Of a stretch of 64,000 nt of DNA, positions 8,887 to 17,766 are shown in pieces (the first letter of the stretch is position 1; every line of letters begins with the position of its first letter). Both the position numbers and the translations under genes were made by a program. Source of the DNA: Lachnospiraceae bacterium (lineage in GTDB: Bacteria > Bacillota > Clostridia > Lachnospirales > Lachnospiraceae); the NCBI GenBank assembly GCA_017476665.1, contig JAFUZJ010000029.1, positions 19,331-83,330 on the forward strand. The letters are read 5' to 3'. The notes beneath the pieces are model-generated. The model had not been told where the DNA came from. It searched no databases and saw nothing but the letters and a program-made list of their open reading frames with translations.

Positions 8887-11800
8887 ATGCATTTCAAAAA
8901 GAAACAAAAAAGTGTGATCCGTCGCGCAGGGGCACAGTTTATGGCGGGCATGCTTGCCTTCAGCATGGTATGCGGAGGTACTACGGCCGGGTTGTTGGCA
9001 GCACCTGCGACAACCGTTTTTGCGGATGAGGAGAAAACAGTCATTGAGTTTAATGCCAGCACGCTTCCGGAAGGCGAGATCAAGATGGAGACAATTTTCG
9101 GCGATTTCACACTGATCGCATCTTCCAGCCGTAGTTATACAGTGGATGCGAACAATAAGAAATCGGCGGACGGAACGTTGAATTTTACCCGTAGACTGAA
9201 GTCCGGCGGCGCAACGGAAGATAATAACAGAACCATTAACTTTTTTGCGCCGGGTCCCGGTACGGTGCAGGTTTACATGTTGAGTGCAAACAGCAGCGAA
9301 GCAAACCGTAAGCTGGGATTATATGATGACGGGCGGGTACTTGTGGATGGACAGGAGTATGCGGCTCCCACTTCCGCCGGGGAAGATGGGGTACTGGAAC
9401 CGTTTGAATATAAGGTGACGACATCCGGTATGTATCAGTTCCGTTGTGATAACGGTATCAATGTTTATTATGTAAAGGGTGAATTTACCGGCCATGCCGA
9501 GGCGCCTCAGAAGAGACCTGCATGGGACAGTGTAGCATCGCCTAAGATCACCAGTGTGGAACTGAATGAAGAGGGAACACTGGATGTAGATGTAGATGCG
9601 GTTGTAGGCGTGGAAGGCGCTGATATGGTCAGAGTTTTTGTCCTGCAGGACGGTTTTGAAGTGACCAGCGCTCCCTATGAAGGAGAGAAAGTTACGTTGG
9701 CGCCGAATGTAGAGGGAGATCTTCAGCTGAAGGTGGTGTCCTCCAGAACCGGTTGTGCGGATAAGTCCAGCCCGACTCAGAAATATCAAGGTTACCGGAT
9801 TCCCCTTGCTGCGCCGGAGATCAAGTGGATCGATAATCGCGGCAGCGGGGAGGTGTATGTAGACTGGCTCAATATTGACGTAGATAAATTTGAACTTTCT
9901 TACGGACCGCAGGGCGGGGAACTGCAGGCGGCTTCGGATATGGATGCCAAATCGGGCAGTTATACATTAAAGGGACTGGAAGACGGTAAAACATATACCG
10001 TTCAGGTCAAAGCCTATAAAGACGACCAGGTTTCCCAGGACAGCAAAGATTTTGTTGTGGGAGCGCCCCAACAGCAGTGGTATGTGGCTTGTTTTGGTTC
10101 TGCGACCAGCGGTGTGGTAACCGTAAACGGAAAAGAGATTGAGATCAAGAGTGCCAAGGAGGCTACTTTAACGGAGAATGTGAGTAACGGCGGCGGTACG
10201 GTGGCGTTTGCGTCTGCAACAAACGGAAAAGTGGCGGATTCTGAGGACGGTATTTTCTACTATTATACAAAAATTGATCCGAATACGGAAAATTTCAAGT
10301 TGACAGCTACCTTTACCGTAACGGATATTAAGGACGGTCCGGATAACCAGACCGGGTACGGCATCTACGCAACGGATATGGAGGGATTGGGCTCCAAGGA
10401 TACCAAATATTTTAACTCTGTTGCAGTCGGGCAGTACAAGATGAAAGGCGGCGGCTATCATTCCCATGGGGCGAGACTGGTAACTGGCTATACCACCGCT
10501 GATACCACCAATGTGGCAGGGGATGAGAGAAATCTCAGAAGCACGGATATATTCTCTGTTGCAAATAAGGATGACAGCGTAGCGGTGGGAGATACTTTCA
10601 CTTATACTCTGGAGAAGACGAATACCCAGTATGTAGCCAGCATGAAGGGGGCGGGAGAAACCATTACGTTTGACGGTACGGACTCCCTGATGAAGATGGA
10701 CGACGGATCTGTATGCGTGGGTGTGATGTCTGCGCGTAAGGTTGGCGTGGAGATTTCCGATATTCAGTTCGAAAAGAGTGCCGGAAAGGTGGAGGGTGAG
10801 TCGGTTGTATTGACTTATCCGGAAATGAGATTCTTTAACAGTGCAACCGCAGGTACTGCGAATATCGAGTTGATCGCAGCGGCAAATGTTCCGGGTGAGC
10901 TTTCTGTGAAGACAGCAGCCGGTCAGAGCGTGGGAGATGAAAAGATTAAGCTTCAGGGCGGAAAGTATGTGAAACTTCCTGTGACATTAGCGGACGGTAA
11001 GAACAGCTATAGCTATAGCTTCAAACCGGATGCGGGTACAGAAAACCTTGCGAGCACCGAAGAAATGACGGGAAATGTTGAGATCACACTTCACCAGATC
11101 GGAAAGGAAGGAGAAACCATGTATGTTTCTCCGGACGGAAAAGCGACCGGTGTGGGCACGAAGGAGAATCCTTTTGATCTTCAGACCGCGTTGAACTACG
11201 CGCAGCCCGGGCAGGTTATCATCATGATGGACGGAATTTATGCGCCGGACAGAGATTATGTGATCGGCAGAAATGTAAACGGCAGAGAAGATGCTATGAT
11301 CACACTGATGGCGGAAAATACAGGAAAGGCTGTGATCTCCGGCAGTAACAATGCAAGTTCTTCCTCTCTGCTCTCTATCGTGGGCAGCTACTGGCATGTA
11401 TTTGGACTTGAGGTAACGGATGGCATTGCAAAGGGAATCAGTGTATGCGGCAACAATAATATTGTTGAAATGTGCGTGATCCATAATGTGGGCAATTCCG
11501 GTCTGCAGATCAGCCGCAATGGCGGAGAATACAATGATGCCGAGATGTGGCCCAGCAATAACCTGATCAAAAACTGTGATGCGTATGATTGCTGTGACAC
11601 GGCAAGAAATGATGCAGATGGATTTGCGGCAAAGCTGACTTGCGGAGAAGGCAACTCTTTCTATGGTTGTATTTCTCATAACAATATTGACGATGGTTGG
11701 GATCTGTATGCAAAGTCAACCACCGGTCCGATCGGTGCGGTTACCATTGAGAACTGTGTGGCTTACAGCAATGGTTTCCTGACAACGGATGATCCGACAG

Positions 11801-12534
11801 ATCCAAATGTAGAGTTTGGAGAGGGTAACGGCTTCAAACTTGGCGGTGAGAACATGTATGGCGGACATAAGCTGATCAACAGCGTATCCTTCAACAATTA
11901 TGCAAAGGGTATTACCAGTAACTCCTGCCCGGATTGTGAAGTGACCAGATGTACGGCCTATAATAACTCTCTGAACGGAAAAGCATATAATCTGAGTCTT
12001 TATACCAGATCTTCCAATAAAAAGGCATGGGTGGTTTCCGGTATGCTTTCGATCGCAGATAACGGCAGTACAATCGGAGAACTGGGCGCAAGCAATGGCG
12101 TGCTGTATTCCTTGAAGAGTGCGGACAATTATCTCTTTGACGGTGCAGCTTCTTACAATAACAAGGGAGTGAAGGCATCTTCCGCATGGTTTGTCAGCAC
12201 GGATGTATCTGTAGTGCCTACCAGAAATGCAGACGGTACGATCGATATGCATGATCTGTTGGTCATCTCCGCAGATGCTCCTGCGAATGCCGGTGCAACG
12301 ATCATCACCAAGGGCAAGGCTATTTCCGAGCAGCCTGCAGCGACAACGGTTGTAAATGTGAAGCCAATGGCGGCAGAGCAGACAGAAGCCCCTTCCGGAG
12401 ACGGCGATGCTGACAATGGTGGATCTTCAGCAGGCATGGTGGTCGGCGGTGTGGTTGCTGTGGCAGCGCTTGCTGTGATTGGTGTTCTGGCTGGAAAAAA
12501 GAAGAAAGAACAGAAGGAAGATGAAAAGCAGTAA
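8887..12534 (+). CDS. 1215-aa cell-surface protein: signal peptide, FN3 modules, right-handed beta-helix (pectate-lyase PL9-like), C-terminal TM anchor
   Basis: The signal peptide is RRAGAQFMAGMLAFSMVCGG...VFA. An FN3-like segment is APEIKWIDNRGSGEVYVDWL...YTVQVKAY. The beta-helix turns are NNIVEMCVIHNVGNSGLQISRNGG, DADGFAAKL, NNIDDGWDLY and GNGFKLGG. The C-terminus is VVGGVVAVAALAVIGVLAGKKKKEQKEDEKQ. There is no LPXTG motif. Confidence 0.7.
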   Translation: MHFKKKQKSVIRRAGAQFMAGMLAFSMVCGGTTAGLLAAPATTVFADEEKTVIEFNASTLPEGEIKMETIFGDFTLIASSSRSYTVDANNKKSADGTLNFTRRLKSGGATEDNNRTINFFAPGPGTVQVYMLSANSSEANRKLGLYDDGRVLVDGQEYAAPTSAGEDGVLEPFEYKVTTSGMYQFRCDNGINVYYVKGEFTGHAEAPQKRPAWDSVASPKITSVELNEEGTLDVDVDAVVGVEGADMVRVFVLQDGFEVTSAPYEGEKVTLAPNVEGDLQLKVVSSRTGCADKSSPTQKYQGYRIPLAAPEIKWIDNRGSGEVYVDWLNIDVDKFELSYGPQGGELQAASDMDAKSGSYTLKGLEDGKTYTVQVKAYKDDQVSQDSKDFVVGAPQQQWYVACFGSATSGVVTVNGKEIEIKSAKEATLTENVSNGGGTVAFASATNGKVADSEDGIFYYYTKIDPNTENFKLTATFTVTDIKDGPDNQTGYGIYATDMEGLGSKDTKYFNSVAVGQYKMKGGGYHSHGARLVTGYTTADTTNVAGDERNLRSTDIFSVANKDDSVAVGDTFTYTLEKTNTQYVASMKGAGETITFDGTDSLMKMDDGSVCVGVMSARKVGVEISDIQFEKSAGKVEGESVVLTYPEMRFFNSATAGTANIELIAAANVPGELSVKTAAGQSVGDEKIKLQGGKYVKLPVTLADGKNSYSYSFKPDAGTENLASTEEMTGNVEITLHQIGKEGETMYVSPDGKATGVGTKENPFDLQTALNYAQPGQVIIMMDGIYAPDRDYVIGRNVNGREDAMITLMAENTGKAVISGSNNASSSSLLSIVGSYWHVFGLEVTDGIAKGISVCGNNNIVEMCVIHNVGNSGLQISRNGGEYNDAEMWPSNNLIKNCDAYDCCDTARNDADGFAAKLTCGEGNSFYGCISHNNIDDGWDLYAKSTTGPIGAVTIENCVAYSNGFLTTDDPTDPNVEFGEGNGFKLGGENMYGGHKLINSVSFNNYAKGITSNSCPDCEVTRCTAYNNSLNGKAYNLSLYTRSSNKKAWVVSGMLSIADNGSTIGELGASNGVLYSLKSADNYLFDGAASYNNKGVKASSAWFVSTDVSVVPTRNADGTIDMHDLLVISADAPANAGATIITKGKAISEQPAATTVVNVKPMAAEQTEAPSGDGDADNGGSSAGMVVGGVVAVAALAVIGVLAGKKKKEQKEDEKQ

Positions 12535-12546
12535 GAAATGAGAAAG

Positions 12547-12583
12547 AAAAACTCCGTTGCACCGGTAAGCAACGGAGTTTTTA
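12547..12583. terminator. Bidirectional intrinsic terminator
   Basis: AAAAACTCCGTTGC-loop-GCAACGGAGTTTTT lies between the convergent genes ending at 12534 and 12598. Confidence 0.85.
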
Positions 12584-12597
12584 AATTTTGAAATTTC

Positions 12598-12897
12598 TTA
12601 ATTCGGAGTATCTTTTTTCATTCTTTGGAATACCAGTTCATATCCGTCGTTTCCGTAATTCAGAGAACGGTTTACCCGGGAGATGGTTGCTGTGGAGGCT
12701 CCTGTCTTCTCGGCAATCTCGAGGTATGTTTTATGATCACGGAGCATTGCCGCAACCTCAAAGCGCTGGGAGAGGGAGAGCAATTCGTTCACGGTACACA
12801 GATCCTCAAAAAAAGCATAACATTCTTCCCTGTTTTCCAAACTCAAAATTGCTTCGAACATAAAATCGACAGCTTCGGTCTTGATTTTTTTATTCAT
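12598..12897 (-). CDS. YerC/YecD-family TrpR-like DNA-binding protein
   Basis: LCTVNELLSLSQRFEVAAMLRDHKTYLEIAEKTGASTATISRVNRSLNYGNDGY is the hallmark HTH block of the YerC/YecD family. Confidence 0.8.
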   Translation of the reverse strand: MNKKIKTEAVDFMFEAILSLENREECYAFFEDLCTVNELLSLSQRFEVAAMLRDHKTYLEIAEKTGASTATISRVNRSLNYGNDGYELVFQRMKKDTPN

Positions 12898-12913
12898 AGA
12901 CGGTTACCTCATC

Positions 12914-12995
12914 TGTTTTCCACGTTGAAATTAAGCTTCGCGCAAAGTCAGACTCGAAAAACACTTCGTGTTTTCCTCGTTGAAATTAAGCTTCG
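12914..12995. repeat. Two 28-bp direct repeats (27/28 identical) spaced 54 bp start to start, just upstream of the yerC-like gene
   Basis: 12914..12941 reads TGTTTTCCACGTTGAAATTAAGCTTCGC and 12968..12995 reads TGTTTTCCTCGTTGAAATTAAGCTTCGC. Confidence 0.95.
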
Positions 12996-13077
12996 CTTAA
13001 TTTCATTTTATCACATTAAAACTTTAAAGTAAATAGACAAGCTATATGAAAAAAATACATAAAAATACAAAAAATAG

Positions 13078-13106
13078 TTGATATGTAGTTTTATATACTA
13101 TATACT
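13078..13106 (+). promoter_or_regulatory. Candidate sigma-A promoter for the DUF1836-like gene
   Basis: TTGATA, 17 nt spacer, TATACT. Confidence 0.45.
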
Positions 13107-13173
13107 GTAATATAAGGTGCGATTGCGTAATGCAATATACGAAACCTGCAGAGCGGGTTCGGGGAGGGGAAAA

Positions 13174-13785
13174 TTGGCTGAAAATACGGAAGAACTTTTA
13201 AATAAAATACTGGGCACTTTGGACAGCTTGGGATATATTAAGGCTGCGGACATTCCCAATATTGATCTCTATATGGATCAGGTGACAACTTTTATGGATA
13301 ACAGACTGCGCGGCGGTCTGCGCAATCCCGGGGAAGACAAGATTCTGACCAAGACGATGATCAATAATTATGCAAAGAATGATCTTCTTCCGCCGCCTGT
13401 AAAGAAGAAGTACTCCAAGGAGCATGTGCTGCTGTTGATCTTTATCTATTACTATAAGGGGATCATGTCCATCAGCGATATACAGACATTGCTGCAGCCG
13501 ATCACGGAAAAGTATTTTGGCAATGAAGCGGATTTTGGTCTGGAACAGCTCTATGAGGAAATCTTCGGTATGGAGGATGAGCAGATCGAGCTGTTAAAGA
13601 AGGATGTGACCGCAAAATATAAACAGTCCTTAAAGACCTTTGGAGAGATCCACGAGGAGGACAGAGAGTTTTTGCAGAAGTTTGCGTTCATCTGTCTGCT
13701 CAGTTTTGATGTGTATGAGAAGAAGCTGATGATTGAGCGGATGATCGATGAATTGCGGAATGAAAATCCCCGGAAGGATAAATGA
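13174..13785 (+). CDS. DUF1836-like protein
   Basis: IPNIDLYMDQVTTFM and LTKTMINNYAKNDLLPPPVKKKYSKEHVLLLIFIYYYKGIMSISDI match my memory of DUF1836. The track starts at GTG 13117, which is only about 10 nt after the candidate -10 element. The TTG at 13174 has the RBS GGGGAGGGGA and is in frame. Confidence 0.6.
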   Translation: MAENTEELLNKILGTLDSLGYIKAADIPNIDLYMDQVTTFMDNRLRGGLRNPGEDKILTKTMINNYAKNDLLPPPVKKKYSKEHVLLLIFIYYYKGIMSISDIQTLLQPITEKYFGNEADFGLEQLYEEIFGMEDEQIELLKKDVTAKYKQSLKTFGEIHEEDREFLQKFAFICLLSFDVYEKKLMIERMIDELRNENPRKDK

Positions 13786-13877
13786 TATCCGCTTGCCAAA
13801 TTGGCAAAAAGGGCATACAATGATATCAGTGTAAATATGAACGGGTTCGCTGTCAGGCGGACGGATAGGAGTATAAG

Positions 13878-14297
13878 ATGAAAGATGCAAATTGCGGTTA
13901 CTGTATGAGAGGAGAACTTTTGGACAAGTTCGGTATTTATATCTGTGATCTGGAGGTTTCTACCCTGATCCTGTTCAGGGAGCAGACGCACCCTGGCAGA
14001 TGTATCGTGGCTTATAAAGATCATGTCAGTGAGATTGTAGATATCAGTGAGGAAGAGAGAAATAAATTTTTTGCGGATGTGAACCGCGCGGCAAAGGCTA
14101 TTCATGCGGCGTTCCATCCGGACAAACTCAATTACGGCGCATATGGAGATACAGGCTGTCATCTTCACATGCATCTCTGCCCCAAGTACAAGGATCAGGC
14201 AGAGTGGGGCGGGGTATTTGAGATGAATCCCGGCAAAACGTTCCTGACGGATGCGGAATATGCAGAGATGATCGAGAAGATCAAAGCGAATCTGTAA
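13878..14297 (+). CDS. HIT-family nucleotide hydrolase/transferase
   Basis: It carries the histidine triad GCHLHMHLCP. RBS AGGAG. Confidence 0.8.
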   Translation: MKDANCGYCMRGELLDKFGIYICDLEVSTLILFREQTHPGRCIVAYKDHVSEIVDISEEERNKFFADVNRAAKAIHAAFHPDKLNYGAYGDTGCHLHMHLCPKYKDQAEWGGVFEMNPGKTFLTDAEYAEMIEKIKANL

Positions 14298-14306
14298 GTA
14301 AAGTGT

Positions 14307-14338
14307 AAAAGGTGTCTGCTGATGCAGGCACCTTTTTT
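14307..14338 (+). terminator. Intrinsic terminator
   Basis: AAAAGGTGTCTGC-TGAT-GCAGGCACCTTTTTT. Confidence 0.75.
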
Positions 14339-14393
14339 GTGCTGTCACATACCATAAATTCATAAGCAGTAAAAATCGGAGGCTGATTTTATT

Positions 14394-15410
14394 ATGAAAA
14401 TATGGAAAAAAGTGGTGGCACTTGGCCTGAGTGCAGCGCTCATCACCCTGTCCTTTGGGGGATGCGGGAAACAGGTAACGGATGGAGGAAAAGCCCGGAC
14501 AAAAGTGGTTTTGAATGAAGTGGCGCATTCAATCTTTTATGCGCCGATGTATGTGGCAATTGAGGAAGGTTATTTTGCGGAGAACGGCATTGACCTGGAA
14601 CTGGTGACCGGATTTGGTGCGGATAAGACGATGACCGCCGTGCTGACCGGAGAGGCCGATATCGGTTTCATGGGCTGCGAGAGCAGCATTTATACCTATG
14701 CGGGCGGTACGACGGACTATGTTGTAAACTTTGCCCAGTTGACCCAGCGGGCGGGAAATTTCCTGGTTGCAAGGGAACCCATCGAAAATTTCGACTGGAG
14801 TATGTTGAAGGGTAAGAACGTGCTGGGCGGCAGAGCAGGCGGCATGCCGGAGATGGTGTTTGAGTTTATTCTGGAGAAAAATAATATTGATCCCCAAAGC
14901 GATCTGACCATTGACCAGAGCATTGATTTTGGTTCCACGGCGGCTGCTTTTTCCGGCGGTAACGCGGATTTCACAGTGGAATTTGAGCCCCATGCAACAT
15001 TGCTGGAAGCAAAAGGCGACGGCTACGTAGTGGCGTCTCTGGGGGAGGACTCCGGCTATGTGCCCTATACGTCATTTTCTGCAAAAAAGAGCTATCTGGA
15101 GGCACATCCGGAGGTCATCCAGGCGTTCACAAATGCGCTGCAGAAGGGCATGGATTATGTGAACACGCATACCTCTGCGGAAATTGCCGAAGTGATCGCA
15201 CCGCAGTTTGCGGAGACAGAGAAGGATACCCTGACCAAGATCGTAGACCGGTATCATGCCCAGGACACCTGGAAGCAGGACCTGATCTTTGCGGAGGAGA
15301 GTTTTGAACTGTTGGAAAATATTCTGCTGGATGCAAAAGTGTTGGAGAAAAAAGTGCCTTATGCCGATCTGGTAAACACCGATTACGCAAGAAAAGCGGC
15401 AGGGAAATAG
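14394..15410 (+). CDS. Lipoprotein, ABC-transporter substrate-binding protein of the NMT1/THI5 (NitT/TauT/SsuA-like) type
   Basis: The signal peptide plus lipobox is ALITLSFGGC. LNEVAHSIFYAPMYVAIEEGYF and GFMGCES are typical blocks. No permease or ATPase gene is adjacent. Confidence 0.65.
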   Translation: MKIWKKVVALGLSAALITLSFGGCGKQVTDGGKARTKVVLNEVAHSIFYAPMYVAIEEGYFAENGIDLELVTGFGADKTMTAVLTGEADIGFMGCESSIYTYAGGTTDYVVNFAQLTQRAGNFLVAREPIENFDWSMLKGKNVLGGRAGGMPEMVFEFILEKNNIDPQSDLTIDQSIDFGSTAAAFSGGNADFTVEFEPHATLLEAKGDGYVVASLGEDSGYVPYTSFSAKKSYLEAHPEVIQAFTNALQKGMDYVNTHTSAEIAEVIAPQFAETEKDTLTKIVDRYHAQDTWKQDLIFAEESFELLENILLDAKVLEKKVPYADLVNTDYARKAAGK

Positions 15411-15514
15411 TGTTTGCCAATATTTTTTTAAAAATAGTTGAGAGAATTGCAGAAATTTGATAAAATGAAATGGAATAGGGTTCTACCAAAATATTTTAAC
15501 GGAGGATATGCAAA

Positions 15515-16882
15515 ATGGGATTGCTTAAAGCGGTAAAAGATGCTGCAGGCGGCATACTGGCTGACCAGTGGCGAGAGTATTTCTACTGTGATTCTCTCTC
15601 TGATGATGTATTGATGGTGAAAGGGCAGAAGCGCACCAACGGGAATAATAAGGGTCTTGACAACATTATTTCCAACGGTTCCATCATTGCTGTCAATGAA
15701 GGACAATGTATGATCATTGTGGATCAGGGCGGTATCGTGGAACTCTGTGCAGATCCCGGCGAATTTGTGTTTAATTCATCTACCGAGCCCAGTATCTTTA
15801 CAGGGAAATTGGGTGAGAATGTGAAAAATACGTTCAAGCTTTTCGGAAGACGTTTCAGTGGTGCCGGTGACACCATGAAGGATCAGAGGATTTATTTCTT
15901 CAATATCAAGGAGATTAAGAGCAATTTTTACGGTACTCCTACACCGGTTACCTTCCGTATTGTGGATAATAATATCGGTCTGGATATGGATACCCTGTTG
16001 AAGTGTAACGGTGAGTATTCTTTCCAGATTGTGGATCCTATCATATTCTACAAGAATGTGTCCGGTAATAAGTCAGATGAATTCAAGCGCTCTGAACTTA
16101 CCGGCATGATGAAAGCGGAGCTGGTTCAGGCATTGCAGCCCGCCCTTGGCAAGATTGGCGAGCAGGGCGTGCGCCCCAGCCAGATTCCTAGTCATGTGGG
16201 TGAGTTGGCAGACTTGTTAAATGAAGAACTGTCGGAGAAATGGACCAACCTGCGCGGTATCAAAGTGGTCAGCATGACCATGTCGCCGCCTTCCATTCCC
16301 GAGGAGGACAGAAAGAGACTCAACGAGCTGCAGCAGCAGGCAGTTCTCAAGAACCCCGGCATGGCTGCCGCTCATTTGACAGCTGCACAGGCAGAGGCAA
16401 TGAAGGCTGCCGCATCCAATACCTCAACCGGTCCCATGATGGCGTTTGCCGGTATGAATATGGCGAGCATGGCAGGCGGTATGAATGCAAATACACTGTA
16501 TCAGATGGATGCACAGAATCAGATGAACGCGCAGCAGATGAATATGCAGGGCGGGTTTGTCGGTCAGGCAGGCGGCAATCCTCAGATGCAGGCACCTTCC
16601 CAGGCGCCGGTTCTTGGATGGACCTGTACATGCGGCAAGGCGGATAACCGCGGCAAATTCTGTGAAGAGTGCGGCCAGCCCAAACCCGCTGGTGCAGGCT
16701 GGACCTGTAGCTGCGGTACGGTAAACCAGGGCAAGTTCTGTACCGAATGCGGTGCAAAGAAGCCGGAAGGCGCACCTTTGTACAAGTGCGATAAGTGCGG
16801 ATGGGAGCCTGAGGATCCTGCGCATCCGCCCAAATTCTGCCCTGAGTGCGGAGACGTGTTTGACGAGAATGACAGAGTATAA
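15515..16882 (+). CDS. SPFH-domain protein of the YdjI/COG4260 type with three C-terminal zinc ribbons
   Basis: The N-terminus MGLLKAVKDAAGGILADQWREYFYCDSL... is typical of the 'virion core protein'-like SPFH family. A Q/M/N/A-rich linker follows. The three ribbons are WTCTCGKADNRGKFCEECG, WTCSCGTVNQGKFCTECG and YKCDKCGWEPEDPAHPPKFCPECG. Confidence 0.7.
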   Translation: MGLLKAVKDAAGGILADQWREYFYCDSLSDDVLMVKGQKRTNGNNKGLDNIISNGSIIAVNEGQCMIIVDQGGIVELCADPGEFVFNSSTEPSIFTGKLGENVKNTFKLFGRRFSGAGDTMKDQRIYFFNIKEIKSNFYGTPTPVTFRIVDNNIGLDMDTLLKCNGEYSFQIVDPIIFYKNVSGNKSDEFKRSELTGMMKAELVQALQPALGKIGEQGVRPSQIPSHVGELADLLNEELSEKWTNLRGIKVVSMTMSPPSIPEEDRKRLNELQQQAVLKNPGMAAAHLTAAQAEAMKAAASNTSTGPMMAFAGMNMASMAGGMNANTLYQMDAQNQMNAQQMNMQGGFVGQAGGNPQMQAPSQAPVLGWTCTCGKADNRGKFCEECGQPKPAGAGWTCSCGTVNQGKFCTECGAKKPEGAPLYKCDKCGWEPEDPAHPPKFCPECGDVFDENDRV

Positions 16883-16977
16883 ATGACAGATACGGATCAG
16901 AATTGATGCAGAAAAGGCATTGGCGATTTGGCAGGCAATTTTTTGCCTGCCAGATTGTTGTTTAGGAGAGGAAGATC

Positions 16978-17751
16978 ATGGGCGCAAAGATGATTGGAAT
17001 GATCGTAATATTGGTTCTCATTCTTGCAATTGTGCTGACTATTATAGTCAGCGTGTACAGAGCGTATCAAAAAGTGCACAGCACGGTGACCAGTTATTCC
17101 CGGGCATTGTTTGGCACGGATAATCCCATCGAGGGGATGAAGAAGGCGGAGTTAGAGAGCGCCAGCACACCCAAATCGGTGGCGTCTGCTACCAATCTCT
17201 ATCTGCCGCAGATCATGAAGGATTTTCCCGAGTTTCACTATGATGAGATGAGGACGCGGGCGGAAAATGTGTTGACATCTTATCTGCAGAGTATTGAAAA
17301 CAGCAACGCTTCCCTGCTGACGGAGGGACTTCCGGAGTTGAAAGAGAATCTGGAGATGCGGATCCAGATGCTTCGGGATCAGAATCAAAGGGAGCATTTT
17401 GAGAGAATTCATGTACATAGAACAGAGATCAATCAATATCGGAAAATAAAAGGAAGATGCAGTGTGGTTCTGCAGTCTTCCGTGGAATATATTCACTATG
17501 TAGAAAAGGACGGGCAGGTTACAAGCGGGTACACGGATAGGAAGGAACAGGCCAGGTACAATGTGGAGCTTGTCTATATTCAGGACAGAGATTTTGTGGA
17601 AAATACGCTGGATACCGGATTGGCGTTGAACTGTCCTAACTGTGGCGCGCCTCTGCCGGGGCTGGGGGCAAAAAAATGTATTTACTGTGATACCCCGATC
17701 ATAGAGTTTAATCTGCGTGTATGGAATTTCAGCTCCGTGAAAGAGTCTTAG
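16978..17751 (+). CDS. N-terminally TM-anchored protein with a C-terminal zinc ribbon (possibly Tim44/NTF2-like fold)
   Basis: The TM segment is MIGMIVILVLILAIVLTIIVSVY and the zinc ribbon is CPNCGAPLPGLGAKKCIYCD. The fold assignment is a guess. Confidence 0.45.
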   Translation: MGAKMIGMIVILVLILAIVLTIIVSVYRAYQKVHSTVTSYSRALFGTDNPIEGMKKAELESASTPKSVASATNLYLPQIMKDFPEFHYDEMRTRAENVLTSYLQSIENSNASLLTEGLPELKENLEMRIQMLRDQNQREHFERIHVHRTEINQYRKIKGRCSVVLQSSVEYIHYVEKDGQVTSGYTDRKEQARYNVELVYIQDRDFVENTLDTGLALNCPNCGAPLPGLGAKKCIYCDTPIIEFNLRVWNFSSVKES

Positions 17752-17766
17752 AAAGGAATCTTATTT

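Noticed and set aside
14357-14374. The 18-mer AATTCATAAGCAGTAAAA is repeated with one mismatch at 34773..34790.
   Set aside because: My back-of-envelope expectation for a 17/18 match in an AT-rich 64-kb window, counting both strands, is on the order of one. There is no flanking similarity and no common context.
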